Source of the DNA: a virus
Taxonomy: Duplodnaviria; Caudoviricetes
Virus record (IMG/VR): IMGVR_UViG_3300020411_000980
Coordinates: 38,353 to 102,352 of that record
Reading direction: 5' to 3' (one strand)
DNA length: 64,000 nt
Shown here: piece after piece, positions 1 to 10,883 of the stretch
Layout of the letters: each line of letters opens with the position of its first letter
Position numbering within the stretch: position 1 is the first letter of the stretch
The notes under the pieces: model-generated
The model's input: only the letters and a program-made list of their open reading frames with translations
Told to the model about the DNA's origin: nothing
The model's database searches: none
Made by a program: the position numbers and the translations under genes

Positions 1-55
1 AGGTCATCCAACCAGATGATCCACCACCCACAATTACAACGTTATTGACCTGCAT
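1..55 (-). CDS. prnA: 5' fragment of a second tryptophan-halogenase-like flavoprotein (runs off the window)
   Basis: Reads MQVNNVVIVGGGSSGWMT, the same FAD-binding GxGxxG start as the adjacent halogenase. Confidence 0.8.
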   Translation of the reverse strand, partial: MQVNNVVIVGGGSSGWMT

Positions 56-58
56 AAT

Positions 59-1558
59 CTAATTGATACCGTCAGTATTATATAGGACATCATTATAATA
101 GTCAATCGGTCTTGGCATAAAAGCAGCGATCTCCTTTCCTTCAGTGATTCTCTTCTCTACAGCAGCATCTAAGATAGGTAGGAAGTCACCACCAAACTCT
201 CGATCATAATGTGCTTCCATATCCATAACTTCCTTCCTACCAATAATAGTATAACCTAGACCTGCCATCACAAACTGCATACCAATAAACAAATCATTTA
301 ATGTTGTTGGTACATCACGACAGTCAATATTATTTAATGTGTGGAATGGTACTGAAGTTGCAGCATCCCAATATGGTGTGTCGTCTTTGTATGCTGCTGT
401 GAAATGATGTACGACAAAATCTCTGAATGTCATAAACTTGACGTGACACGCTGCATTGAACCAGTCACGTTGTAATCCTGATATAGTATTTCTCTTAGGA
501 TCAGCAAACTGTATGAAATTAAATAAGAACTCGTGTACTGAGAACAGACCACCTGATTCTAATGGTTCAATGAAACCAGCAGATAGTCCGATTGCTATTG
601 TATTACCCACCCATATCTTTTCTCTCATACCTGTTGGCCAACGTAGGTATCTAAAATCTTCATCAGGTGCATCAGGGCAACCTAAATGTGCCTTAAACTC
701 CTTTAGTGCAAAGGCTTTATCCTGAAACTTTGAACTGAAATTATAACCTGTCCCAATACGAGACCAAGTTGGTACAGTCCAGACCCAACCACTTGACAGT
801 GCAGTGACACGTGTGTAGCTCGTAAGTTCCCGTTCTTTATCAACATACTCCCGTCTTGTGCACCACGTACTGTCATTGAGTAACACGTCTCTCCAGTCGT
901 CCCAGGGCACTCCCAGGCGGTTCATCAAAATTGCTCTGAATCCTGTGCAGTCTATGAATAGGTCAGCAGTTACCTCTCTACCATCATCAAGAGTTAGTTT
1001 TGTTATATTATCTCCCTCCGTGTCAATCGTATCTACTGTCTCTCTAATATAATTTAAACCACGTGGGATACAAAATCTATCCTTTAGATACTTAGCAAAC
1101 TTAGTAGCATCAATATGATAACCAACTAACGTGTCTATGTGTGGTGTATATAATTTTCCCTGTTCAGATACTACAGCAGCATTAGAGAATACATTCTGAA
1201 ATGTTGTATTAGATGGTTGTCTATGGTACTTCCAAATATAATAGTCTAAGGGTGGAATATTAGTATCATAAGAACCAAAAGGGTACTGCCACGGTTGGTC
1301 AGTACCCCAATTTTCAAATCGAATGCTGTTCTTATATGTTGCGTCACACGCTGGCATCCACTCTTTATCTTCGAGTTCCAGATACCTAATGAATGTATTA
1401 AAATGCTGTGTTGTAGATTCCCCTACCCCTATAGTTCCGACTAGAGGAGACTCTATCAACGTAATATTTTTAGTGCCCTCAAAATGTTTAAGTAGCACTG
1501 ATGCTGTCATCCACCCTGCACTGCCACCTCCGACAATACAGATGTTATTAAATTTCAT
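59..1558 (-). CDS. prnA: Flavin-dependent tryptophan halogenase-like protein
   Basis: GGGSAGWMTA, GVGEST, catalytic-Lys region ATYK, GWVWTVP (WxWxIP), FIEPLESGG. Confidence 0.9.
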   Translation of the reverse strand: MKFNNICIVGGGSAGWMTASVLLKHFEGTKNITLIESPLVGTIGVGESTTQHFNTFIRYLELEDKEWMPACDATYKNSIRFENWGTDQPWQYPFGSYDTNIPPLDYYIWKYHRQPSNTTFQNVFSNAAVVSEQGKLYTPHIDTLVGYHIDATKFAKYLKDRFCIPRGLNYIRETVDTIDTEGDNITKLTLDDGREVTADLFIDCTGFRAILMNRLGVPWDDWRDVLLNDSTWCTRREYVDKERELTSYTRVTALSSGWVWTVPTWSRIGTGYNFSSKFQDKAFALKEFKAHLGCPDAPDEDFRYLRWPTGMREKIWVGNTIAIGLSAGFIEPLESGGLFSVHEFLFNFIQFADPKRNTISGLQRDWFNAACHVKFMTFRDFVVHHFTAAYKDDTPYWDAATSVPFHTLNNIDCRDVPTTLNDLFIGMQFVMAGLGYTIIGRKEVMDMEAHYDREFGGDFLPILDAAVEKRITEGKEIAAFMPRPIDYYNDVLYNTDGIN

Positions 1559-1564
1559 AATGAG

Positions 1565-2089
1565 TTAGGTAGGTGGTTCTACGTATGCTCCACCCCAATT
1601 TGAATAGCGTTCCCAACAAGGATTCTCTTGTGTTGAGATCTTACAAGGTCTATCAACAGACGGTTCAACAGCATCTGACATAAACTCAGAGATTTCCTCT
1701 TCTGTCATAGCTGGATCCATTGGTTCCTCTACGTCAGATGGTCTTTGAGTATTCTCTTTAACTGTCTTAACGTGATTATACCACAAAGCATCAGCCGCTG
1801 CTAGATCTTTACCTGCTGCGATGTCTTTGTATAGCATATCTAATTGCTGACCAATTTCACCATATGCAACTCTACGAGTTGTAGCAGGATCAGCGTATGT
1901 ATCTACACGCTTAACCCATATCATATCATTGGCAGATGGTGACCATTCTAGTGTCCAAGTGTTTGTTATGTCATCAGGTGCATTGACCCACATCTGAGAA
2001 CAACCACGACCTAAGAATAGTGTGTATTCTTCACCAGGATCTACTACGTCTGCCACGTATCCATTGAAATCCATTAATGCTTTCTTCAT
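1565..2089 (-). CDS. Hypothetical protein, possibly tail-fibre associated
   Basis: 174-aa ORF; RRVAYGEIGQQLDMLY motif seen in phage fibre-associated proteins; follows a Gly-rich fibre gene. Confidence 0.5.
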   Translation of the reverse strand: MKKALMDFNGYVADVVDPGEEYTLFLGRGCSQMWVNAPDDITNTWTLEWSPSANDMIWVKRVDTYADPATTRRVAYGEIGQQLDMLYKDIAAGKDLAAADALWYNHVKTVKENTQRPSDVEEPMDPAMTEEEISEFMSDAVEPSVDRPCKISTQENPCWERYSNWGGAYVEPPT

Positions 2090-2098
2090 TGGTGACCC

Positions 2099-2899
2099 CT
2101 ATTTGTAGTTAATAACAGTAATAACACCATACTTACCGTTTGAACCACGGAAAGAACCAAAGTGTCCACCAGATCCACCACTACCATAAGCAGAGTGATC
2201 TTGGTGATTATGTGAGAAGTTACCTCCATTTGGCCAACCAGCAGCAACTGATCCTCCAAAGTGAGATGGTCCTCCAGTTCCACCACCGTGAGCAGCGTGG
2301 GACTGTCCACCACCACCCCAGATGTTCAAGTCTCCACCAGAACCATTACGTCCTAGTCCACCTGAGTGAGAGTTGTTACGTGCAGCACCGTGTCCACCAC
2401 CAGCAGATAGATATGGTCCAAAGGATGATGATCCTCCGTCTCCACCACGGTTGAAGTACCAAGTACCTCCACCTCCTCCACCAACTGAAATACCAACTGA
2501 GGAAATGTTGGCAACAGACATTACTCGTTCTGAATATCCACCAGCACCACCAGACTCACCGTGTCCAGCACCTCCTCCTCCACCGCCATTACAGCGTACG
2601 TGGATGTATTTAACACCTGATGGACGGTTCCAAGTTCCCCCTCCTGTCCATACTTGCATATTATAAATGTTTTCGGAACTTACTGATGTCCAAGACATAG
2701 AAGAACCATTGTTAGTTAGAAACTTTCCAGACTGTCCAGAGACACTAGGTACGATCTGACCAGACGAACCTGACATAGTTCCGTTCACGGTCAAATTACT
2801 GCAGGTTAAAGTTCCGTTCGCAGTAATATTACCAGACGCTAGGGTAAATCCACCGATGCCTGACAGGTCTCTAATAGATGCAACTTTAAGTGTACTCAT
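2099..2899 (-). CDS. Glycine-rich tail fibre/adhesin-like protein
   Basis: MSTLKV start, GQSGKFLT linker, GGGGGG tracts; TATAAATA at 2926-2933. Confidence 0.65.
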   Translation of the reverse strand: MSTLKVASIRDLSGIGGFTLASGNITANGTLTCSNLTVNGTMSGSSGQIVPSVSGQSGKFLTNNGSSMSWTSVSSENIYNMQVWTGGGTWNRPSGVKYIHVRCNGGGGGGAGHGESGGAGGYSERVMSVANISSVGISVGGGGGGTWYFNRGGDGGSSSFGPYLSAGGGHGAARNNSHSGGLGRNGSGGDLNIWGGGGQSHAAHGGGTGGPSHFGGSVAAGWPNGGNFSHNHQDHSAYGSGGSGGHFGSFRGSNGKYGVITVINYK

Positions 2900-2936
2900 T
2901 TTACCTGTTTAGTTTTCCTCAAATCTATTTATATGT

Positions 2937-3500
2937 TTATGGAGTTGGTGGAGTTGGTCTAACCTCACCTGGTTCCAGGTATGGTTGATCTCTCTCCCAC
3001 TGCTCATCATCAGGGTAATAACCTGGATGATAGTGTACTTTATTGGCAGGATAATCTCTTCTAGAAGACTCATCCTCCCAAGATTTTACTTGAAATGTCT
3101 CTTTAAACTTTAAAGTGACACCATCTTCCTTAACATAAGCCTGTACTATGTAGTCAGTATCAGGATCAAGTCTAGGGAATGATAAATTCTCGAACCAAGG
3201 ACAATCTGTACAGATGATTTGATCATACTTCATCTCATACAATGGTGTTTCATTTCCTTTGCTGATACACACATACATCTCTAGGTCTTTGAAGTGAAGT
3301 TTATATTCTCCATTCTTTCTGACACTCAACTTAACGTTAGGGTCATAAGATTTTAGTGTCTGAAATCCTGAAGATTCTACAGTCTTCTTAGCAACATCAA
3401 ATACTACTGTTGCTTCATTATACTCAACTGCCTGAACTTCTTCATCAGCTGGTCTTGGATCATTAGGATCCACTATTCTTGGGTTAGTTACTCTGTCCAT
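2937..3500 (-). CDS. Hypothetical protein
   Basis: 187-aa ORF tightly packed in the operon. Confidence 0.6.
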   Translation of the reverse strand: MDRVTNPRIVDPNDPRPADEEVQAVEYNEATVVFDVAKKTVESSGFQTLKSYDPNVKLSVRKNGEYKLHFKDLEMYVCISKGNETPLYEMKYDQIICTDCPWFENLSFPRLDPDTDYIVQAYVKEDGVTLKFKETFQVKSWEDESSRRDYPANKVHYHPGYYPDDEQWERDQPYLEPGEVRPTPPTP

Positions 3501-3502
3501 AA

Positions 3503-4477
3503 TTACAATTCATAACATACGGTAATGTTTCCTGTTCCACCATTATATTGTCCTGCACCGTTTCTTGCCCAATGTCCCCAGTTTCCACCGTTTCCATAGT
3601 TACCAGACCAGGTTTGGGTTTCGTCAGCATAGTTAGAACCTGACCAATTGTTTCCTCCACCTCCTCCTGCTGCTCCATTACAGTCACAGCCTGGGTTTCC
3701 TCCACAATTACCTGCGTTCCAACCGCCTCCACCACCGCCTCCTCCAGAGGCATCGTTACCTGGTCTTCCACACTCATCTCCATTAGTATCTCCATTAGCA
3801 CCGTGATTTCCACCCTGTGCACCACACTGTCCGTTTTCTCCTCTCTGGTTACCTGCTCCTCCTCGACCAGCACCACTACATCCTTCACGTCCACCGCCCC
3901 CGCCACCACCTGCTGCAACCAACAGGATATTGCCCTGAGACAAGTTAACACCCCAAGGTGAGAAGAACATACTTGCTGCTCCACCACCTCCACCTCCAGC
4001 AGAGCATCCTCTACAAGAAGCGTGAGTACCACGACCACCAGATCCATAACCAGATCCGTTATTACCATTACCACCGCCACCCCAACATCCGAAGCAACCT
4101 CCTCCGTTAGAGCCACCACCTCCGACATATGCTCGGAAACGAGCTGCATCTACCCATCCATCTTGTAAGATGAGTCGTGCATAGGCAGCACCACCTGATC
4201 CACCGTGTGCACCACCTTGTCCACCATTTCCACCAGCAGCACCCCAAGCCCAAACCCAAATATAGTTACCTTTACCTGTTCTTATATAAAGACTATTATC
4301 TCCACTACCCTGAAACCTGTGACATCTTAGTTGTCTACCATCCTGTGATGTATTAAATACTGATCCATTATCGTCAGCAGTCACCTTCTCCAATCCACCA
4401 CCACCTCCAGGTCCTCTGGATGATAGTGAATGACTAAAGTTATTTAATAACCCTGAATAACCAATTTGTGTTGACAT
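3503..4477 (-). CDS. Gly/Cys-rich adhesin-like protein
   Basis: WGAAGG and LLVAAGGGGGGG glycine-rich-domain motifs, many Cys. Confidence 0.6.
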   Translation of the reverse strand: MSTQIGYSGLLNNFSHSLSSRGPGGGGGLEKVTADDNGSVFNTSQDGRQLRCHRFQGSGDNSLYIRTGKGNYIWVWAWGAAGGNGGQGGAHGGSGGAAYARLILQDGWVDAARFRAYVGGGGSNGGGCFGCWGGGGNGNNGSGYGSGGRGTHASCRGCSAGGGGGGAASMFFSPWGVNLSQGNILLVAAGGGGGGGREGCSGAGRGGAGNQRGENGQCGAQGGNHGANGDTNGDECGRPGNDASGGGGGGGGWNAGNCGGNPGCDCNGAAGGGGGNNWSGSNYADETQTWSGNYGNGGNWGHWARNGAGQYNGGTGNITVCYEL

Positions 4478-4479
4478 AA

Positions 4480-5334
4480 TTATGCGTAATTAGATCCAGA
4501 CCCAAATACAGTGAATGCGTGTTGAGAAGTATTAGGTGTATGTACCAGAGCAAATGATACAACTATCCACTTCTCATCGTGTGATGGTGCGTTACCACCT
4601 ATCCATTGTATGTTAGTACTCTGTCCATTGATGTTTATGGATGAGGGAATTCCTGACCCTCCTGTTTCATATATAGCAACCGTAATACCATATCCGTGTG
4701 CACCATCAGTAGGAACATTGTTTAAAGATAATGTCCAGTTACCTCCACCGTTCTTATTTACCCAAATAGAGTTACCATTATTATAGTCGTGAGTTATACT
4801 TCCACTTGTTGTATAGAAGTAGATACGCTCTGAAGTTTCTTCAAAGTGTAACCTACCAGTTGAAGTAATATGTTGTGATTCAATATCAACAAAGTGAGCA
4901 TATGACAGGTCGTCGTCTCCAAGTAATGTCCAAGATGCGTTGTTTTCAATAGTAACTGTCCATCCTGAAGCAATTTCTACAGGACCAGCAGTAAAACCGT
5001 TTGTAAATTCTACACCACCGTTCGCTATAGGACCAATGGTTATATTTTCTTGTATTGTTGTACCGTTCGTTCTAATTATACTTCCTTCACCAAGAGCAGG
5101 ACCACCTCCACCAACGTCTGTCCAACCTGGGTTACCTTGGTTAGCATCTTGTTTGTATATCTGTGCCATATCTTCGGTGCTGTTATACACCAAAGTACCA
5201 AAAGCAGGAGTACCTAAAGCAGTAACTTGTGCTTGGTTCAGATTTGGTAAATTAAGTTGTTCGGTAATGCTCCACGCTTCAACTAAACCTCTAGTTGTTG
5301 CTTGAATATTATTACCATTAATCTGGGTAGACAT
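4480..5334 (-). CDS. Tail fibre/structural protein
   Basis: GTLVYNST and IIRTNGTTIQENITI fibre-type motifs; late promoter at 5364-5369. Confidence 0.6.
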   Translation of the reverse strand: MSTQINGNNIQATTRGLVEAWSITEQLNLPNLNQAQVTALGTPAFGTLVYNSTEDMAQIYKQDANQGNPGWTDVGGGGPALGEGSIIRTNGTTIQENITIGPIANGGVEFTNGFTAGPVEIASGWTVTIENNASWTLLGDDDLSYAHFVDIESQHITSTGRLHFEETSERIYFYTTSGSITHDYNNGNSIWVNKNGGGNWTLSLNNVPTDGAHGYGITVAIYETGGSGIPSSININGQSTNIQWIGGNAPSHDEKWIVVSFALVHTPNTSQHAFTVFGSGSNYA

Positions 5335-5366
5335 ACTAGACTAACCTCCCCCTCTTTGTTAACTAT

Positions 5367-8300
5367 TTAGATAACCATCTCTCTTATATGGATCACCGAC
5401 CCTGTAGCAGGTGGGGTCGAAATACTAAAGTCAACTGCGTTACCTGATACCTGATAATCAACACCAGGAATCTGACAAACACCATTATTGAACACCATCA
5501 CTGAATATGATGTGTGTCCAGGAGAAATAGCGAATCCAGTAGTGGATCCGTTTCCATTATATACAACCCCGTTGTTATTGTTAGCAATACCCGTTGCAAG
5601 AGTATATTTATCTTGACAACCATATGTACCAGTAACATCTAGGTTACCATTAATATAAGTGTTACCTGCAATCTTCATCCTATTGGATGCGTCAGGTGCC
5701 ATACCAATACCATAATTTGTTACACCAGAGAATCTACGTGCAGTAATAGGTGTAGTATCGGTTAGACCGAACTTATACCATATACCTGTCTCGTAAATCC
5801 AACCTAATGAATCACCAGCTTGCCAGTCAATGTTATAGATAATATCGCCATCATTAAATGCTAATGTCGAATCAATATCTGGTAGACCTGTTCCATCATC
5901 TTCTGCTAGGAAGCTCTGCTTTAGTACAGTTCCATCATCGTTGGCATACGTCAATTTTATTGTCTGAATATTTTCCTGAGCAGTGATTCTCTTCTGGAAA
6001 GTCACTGGACCTGAGAATACAGATTCAAGTTGGTTAGATGCACCACCAATTACAGTTAGTTTATCAGTAAGAACAACCTCAGAGAATGTCTGAATGGTAG
6101 TTCCTTCCTCACCAACAACATTTAACTGTGCAATATCTTCGTTGGTGATCTGACCAGTAATCGGGTTAATAACCTGGTTACCAACATATAGTTCACCATC
6201 ACTGTTAACACCAGAGTAGTAAGCAACACCTGCTGCTTCCTTCAATGACTGTGACAGTCTAACCTGTGTTGGTGATAGAACCTCAACCTGTGTAGATGGG
6301 AATGCAGTACTGTAGTTACCTGGACCAAAACCAAGGTATTCAAACGTATGACCTGATGCTCTAAGGATAGAGTATCTTCGTAACTCAATCAGCAATGGAG
6401 CAACAGAGTTGTCAGCGTTTAGTTTGAGTGGAATCTTTCTTTCTTCCTCATCACCTAAACGTGCAGTAACAACAACAGCATTCAATGTATTAGAAGTAGT
6501 GTTATATCCTAAGTTGTTCTCCTGTTCTAATAGGAAGAACTGTGCAGTCTCCTTACTAATTGATAGTTTAGTATCTTCATTAGGTTGTGGTTGTGCACCG
6601 TCAGTTGTGGTAACCTTACCAAGAATATCATTATCAGCAACAGAAACGGCAGGTGCTGGGTCAGCAACTGGGTTATCTCTGTCAAATGTAGGATAAATGT
6701 CTACAGCATACTGTGAGAATGCAAAGTCATCAAAGTTTGATGTTGCAGGAGATACTGAAGCATTAAGAATTGAGAGGTAATAGATACCGTCAGCAACACC
6801 ACGTTCAAATGTCTGGAATGTTTCTACTTCATAGATGTAGTATGTCTTATCATATGAAGGTGAGTTAGTCTCTGAAGATCTAGGTTGTAATACGAAACCA
6901 GTAATGGGTTCTCTAGGAATCGGGAACGCATCCTTGTCCAGTACGTATCTAAATCTGTAGATTCTATCTTTAAGGTCTCTTGCATCAGGTATTCTTCTAA
7001 TGAATGAAGTAGGAGTAAATCCTAGGTTCTGATATTGTGAGTTAGCAATAAGAGTTGTATAGATGTCATTATTAGTAGAATCAACTTGTAGATACCAGTT
7101 TGACTGGTTAGTATCATACTTGATAGGTGACTCATCTGAACCAGGTAATGAACCTGTAACGTCAGGTCCTGATGGATCAATCTTTGCAGTATGAGTTGTT
7201 GGTTGCTGTGCACCTGAAGCAATCAACAGTACATTGATTTGGTCAGGAGTTGTTGGACCATCCTTACGGGCACCAACTGTATAACCCTGAATCTTACTTG
7301 GTGGTCTAGCATCCTCATTGGTATAACCATAGAGATATAACTTAGTTGGGTCTGCTGCTGCTCTTATCTTAGCAATATCAAATGTTACCCAGTTAATAGA
7401 GATTTCAGGAATATCACTAATTGCTTTAGGTGGAATTATATGTGTTAATTGACCTGCTTTATCTTTCGTGAATGACGCTGCTTTAAAGCCTTTAGATCTG
7501 AGAGAAGTGTTACCAAAGTTTGAGTTCGAGTTGGTAATCGAGAGGTCTCCTCCTGAGTCAGAGAAGAAATGATCTCCGAATCCGACAGCGAACACCGAGA
7601 CGACCTGGATGAATGCGTCGTTACTTGCGTAGATGTGTCTATGTCTCCAACCTTTACGGTATTTACATAGCCCGTTAATGTGTGCACCAGATCCTGAAGC
7701 TTGTGCTTCATAGTTTCCAGTTGACGGGTTGTATAGTACGAATGCTCTGTCATCTTTCTGTAGCGATATGCCAGTGAACTGAGCAACAACCATTGATTTG
7801 AAACCAGTTGCTTCAGCACCATCTGCGTGCATACCATTGATACCCCAAACTGATCTTAGAGAACAGTTAAAGACATATGGTGAAGCTGAGTCAACTGTAT
7901 CAATCTCAACTTTAACCAGTACGTTAGATCCTATAGCATTACCACTTGGTTCTGCTGACATCTGATACGTAAACTGGTTACCTTGTGCTGACGTGACAAG
8001 GAACGAACCATTATACAAATTGGAGTCGGTCTCAGTTGGTCCTGTTACACCACTCAAGTTAACAGCAACACCAACAGAGAATCCGTGGTTAATTGGGTTA
8101 TCTTGAATGTCAACAGTAAATGCAGTTGCAGTCTGACCATTTCTGATGATTTGAGATACTCGGAATTCATCAGAGATCGGACCAACAATCCTGTTTTCTT
8201 CGACTCTTGCCTGTAATTGGTCTTGAGCGATAGTACCAGAAGTATCAGGAATAGTTGCGTATGCCTTAGATATCTTCTGATAGTATAATTCTAGATCGTC

Positions 8301-8942
8301 ATTATTAGCGTACTCAAAGCAAGTAATTTTGTGATGAGAGAAGTTAGGAGCAATAGTATCTACAACGTCAGGACGGTAGTAAACTCCATTGTTGTCACCA
8401 TCAAAAAATGACTGTTGCCAGAAATAGCAACCACCAGTTAACCTAAAGATGGCAGTAGGATCAGGTTCATTACTTGAGGTAATACCTAGTGATGCTTGTA
8501 AAGTTGGATATGGTACGTACTTCGGAATGATCTTAGTTCTTCTAAGGTCAGATCCTACAACAGAACAACCTCTGGGAACAATAATTCCACCACGAGTTGA
8601 ATTGAATTTGTATAGGATATTGTTAGGAGAAGTAAGATCAAAGTTAGTATTTTCATCAAACGGTGTGATCTCAGAATATAAGTTTGTGCCTGGTCTGTTA
8701 TCTAGAACATATTCAGAGGGATATAGGTAAATACTAAATGCGTCAAATTCGTCATTACTTAGACCAACACGATAAGAGAATCTAGCCACTTCAAGAAATG
8801 CCCTTTGCAACGTCTTGAATGGTCTTAATGCCGAGTTACCTCGGTTATCATATGCATCTGATGCGTCAAAGTCGTCGGGGTTGACGTATATAATACGTCC
8901 AGTCCTCGACGTGATAATATTCTTTAGACGGGTTAGTGCCAT
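5367..8942 (-). CDS. Large virion structural protein (beta-helix-like N-terminus)
   Basis: 1191 aa; RPFKTLQRA and GSDLRRTKI motifs typical of cyanomyovirus structural proteins. Confidence 0.7.
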   Translation of the reverse strand: MALTRLKNIITSRTGRIIYVNPDDFDASDAYDNRGNSALRPFKTLQRAFLEVARFSYRVGLSNDEFDAFSIYLYPSEYVLDNRPGTNLYSEITPFDENTNFDLTSPNNILYKFNSTRGGIIVPRGCSVVGSDLRRTKIIPKYVPYPTLQASLGITSSNEPDPTAIFRLTGGCYFWQQSFFDGDNNGVYYRPDVVDTIAPNFSHHKITCFEYANNDDLELYYQKISKAYATIPDTSGTIAQDQLQARVEENRIVGPISDEFRVSQIIRNGQTATAFTVDIQDNPINHGFSVGVAVNLSGVTGPTETDSNLYNGSFLVTSAQGNQFTYQMSAEPSGNAIGSNVLVKVEIDTVDSASPYVFNCSLRSVWGINGMHADGAEATGFKSMVVAQFTGISLQKDDRAFVLYNPSTGNYEAQASGSGAHINGLCKYRKGWRHRHIYASNDAFIQVVSVFAVGFGDHFFSDSGGDLSITNSNSNFGNTSLRSKGFKAASFTKDKAGQLTHIIPPKAISDIPEISINWVTFDIAKIRAAADPTKLYLYGYTNEDARPPSKIQGYTVGARKDGPTTPDQINVLLIASGAQQPTTHTAKIDPSGPDVTGSLPGSDESPIKYDTNQSNWYLQVDSTNNDIYTTLIANSQYQNLGFTPTSFIRRIPDARDLKDRIYRFRYVLDKDAFPIPREPITGFVLQPRSSETNSPSYDKTYYIYEVETFQTFERGVADGIYYLSILNASVSPATSNFDDFAFSQYAVDIYPTFDRDNPVADPAPAVSVADNDILGKVTTTDGAQPQPNEDTKLSISKETAQFFLLEQENNLGYNTTSNTLNAVVVTARLGDEEERKIPLKLNADNSVAPLLIELRRYSILRASGHTFEYLGFGPGNYSTAFPSTQVEVLSPTQVRLSQSLKEAAGVAYYSGVNSDGELYVGNQVINPITGQITNEDIAQLNVVGEEGTTIQTFSEVVLTDKLTVIGGASNQLESVFSGPVTFQKRITAQENIQTIKLTYANDDGTVLKQSFLAEDDGTGLPDIDSTLAFNDGDIIYNIDWQAGDSLGWIYETGIWYKFGLTDTTPITARRFSGVTNYGIGMAPDASNRMKIAGNTYINGNLDVTGTYGCQDKYTLATGIANNNNGVVYNGNGSTTGFAISPGHTSYSVMVFNNGVCQIPGVDYQVSGNAVDFSISTPPATGSVIHIREMVI

Positions 8943-8983
8943 TTACTCTGATCCTCTTATGTTTATTTAGTTGTCATCAGGGA

Positions 8984-10879
8984 TTAAGCTCCACCGCCAG
9001 CTGATCCTGTTGTTTGATTGTACTGTTGTGCTTCCCAATCAGATACATTGTTCTCGAATCCATTGACTTGGAACGATAAATTAGCTGAAGAAGCATAAAC
9101 AATAAGGTGTGAATTAGGTCCAACTACTAGACCTTTATGCTCATTAGTACTATTTGCACTAATAGCAACATCATAATAAATATAATCTTTTGTTTCAAGA
9201 TCAGTTGCAGCAGTTACGCTAGAGACAGTTGCATTTGCTCTATCAGCACCCTGCCCACGTGGTGTATCCACAAAGACATCAGATCCTGCAAATGCTGCAG
9301 ATCCAGTTCCAAGTGTCACATATAGATCAGATCCTGACCAAGCAGAGACCCAACCATACTTACCACCAGTTACAGTACCAACTGTTTGTGTAGCAGTACC
9401 AATAGTGAATGTATCACCAGTCACCCAAGTACCATCTACATCATAAAGATAAAGTTCAGTAAACTGAGGATCAGTAACGATGTCAATACCACTTGAATAC
9501 TGTGTATCAGGTGCTGCTGATGCTGTACCTTCAGCATAGTAATACAGAGGATCGGGTGTGTTAACTGTTGGAATAATTTCAATCGTTCCGTCAGTACCTG
9601 CAGTACCTGCTTTAGTTACACCAGTTGTATATTCAGTACCAGCAGTAGGTGTAGCACCTGTACCCTCCTGAGTATCAGAGAATCTTAATGGTAAACCTGT
9701 ATTAGATGAGTCGGACTGATCAAAGAGATAGGTACGATCAACATCCATAGTAAATTGAGATGGAACTGTCTCACGTCCAGCAACAGTACCCCAAGTAAAC
9801 TGAGTTGTATATACTGCACTTGAAGTAGCAGTAAACTGAGTAGTAGCAGTTGCGTTTGTAGTACCACCAGTTAATGTTTCAGCAGTATCGAACCACTCAA
9901 CCAATGCCTGTTGACCCTGTACCATAGGAGTAACAGTAGATCCATCATTATGTGCTGCATCAGTTGTACCCCATACACCACGTGTGACTGTTACGTCATT
10001 ACCAGTAACACCAGTAGCAAGCATAACTTCGTTACCAACTCTGATGTGAGTACCAGTAACTATAGTAGTACCATCAGTAACAGTTAGAGTTGTGTCTCCA
10101 GCAGCAAACTGACCACCTTCGTTAATAGTAGTTGTTGTACCAGAATCTGTGTAAAGTGAAACCAGTTGCCCTGATTGATGTGCTGCTGCAGTAGTTCCAA
10201 ATTGTGCACGTGTGACAGCCACGTTAGCACCACCTGTAGTACCTGAATAGAAAGTAGCAGCACCTGCTAGTATGATCTCAGCATTATATCCAGTAATACC
10301 ATCTGATAATACAAAGTATGCAGGATTACCTTGTAGAGCCCCCGCATCTACAAATTTCAGCGATGTAGCACCTGAAGCAATATCAGCAACTTCTATGTTT
10401 AATGACGTTCCTAATCCCCTAAAGGTAGCAGTTAAACCAGAAGTTCCACCAGTAAGTGTCTCTCCACCTTGGAAAGTACCAGTAACTGAGTTTGTATCAA
10501 TCTGTAGACTTGTACACTTCTTAACTTTTACATAGTTCGTGATAGTTGCAGTCTCAACAACAGTATCAAGCACATAAGCACTCTTTGCTAAATCGGCTGA
10601 ACCTATTAAAAGACCTGGTGTAGCGTCTTGTCTACTAATACCAGGATTTATTTCCATCTTATAAGTTGAAATTGGATTACCACGTCTAAATGCATACGTA
10701 TTGGCATCCATCGTTAATTTCTGTGTGTAGTCTTTATGACCGACACGATATGTTGCAGCACTATTTCCTCTTTCTGCGACAGTCAATACTGAAGATGCAG
10801 TATGTGACGATGAAGTAGAATAAAGGACTGATGCTGTGGTTGCTGCGGGGGATAGTGCAGCTAAGATTCCTGCTGTCAT
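8984..10879 (-). CDS. Virion structural protein
   Basis: Thr/Gly-rich beta repeats (VTRAQFGTTAAAH / VTRGVWGTTDAAH), YLFDQSDSSNTG motif. Confidence 0.65.
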   Translation of the reverse strand: MTAGILAALSPAATTASVLYSTSSSHTASSVLTVAERGNSAATYRVGHKDYTQKLTMDANTYAFRRGNPISTYKMEINPGISRQDATPGLLIGSADLAKSAYVLDTVVETATITNYVKVKKCTSLQIDTNSVTGTFQGGETLTGGTSGLTATFRGLGTSLNIEVADIASGATSLKFVDAGALQGNPAYFVLSDGITGYNAEIILAGAATFYSGTTGGANVAVTRAQFGTTAAAHQSGQLVSLYTDSGTTTTINEGGQFAAGDTTLTVTDGTTIVTGTHIRVGNEVMLATGVTGNDVTVTRGVWGTTDAAHNDGSTVTPMVQGQQALVEWFDTAETLTGGTTNATATTQFTATSSAVYTTQFTWGTVAGRETVPSQFTMDVDRTYLFDQSDSSNTGLPLRFSDTQEGTGATPTAGTEYTTGVTKAGTAGTDGTIEIIPTVNTPDPLYYYAEGTASAAPDTQYSSGIDIVTDPQFTELYLYDVDGTWVTGDTFTIGTATQTVGTVTGGKYGWVSAWSGSDLYVTLGTGSAAFAGSDVFVDTPRGQGADRANATVSSVTAATDLETKDYIYYDVAISANSTNEHKGLVVGPNSHLIVYASSANLSFQVNGFENNVSDWEAQQYNQTTGSAGGGA

Positions 10880-10883
10880 TGTT

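Noticed and set aside
3484-4149. Alternative-frame Val/Glu-rich ORFs over the Gly-rich genes
   Set aside because: Frame artefact of GGT/GGA codon runs
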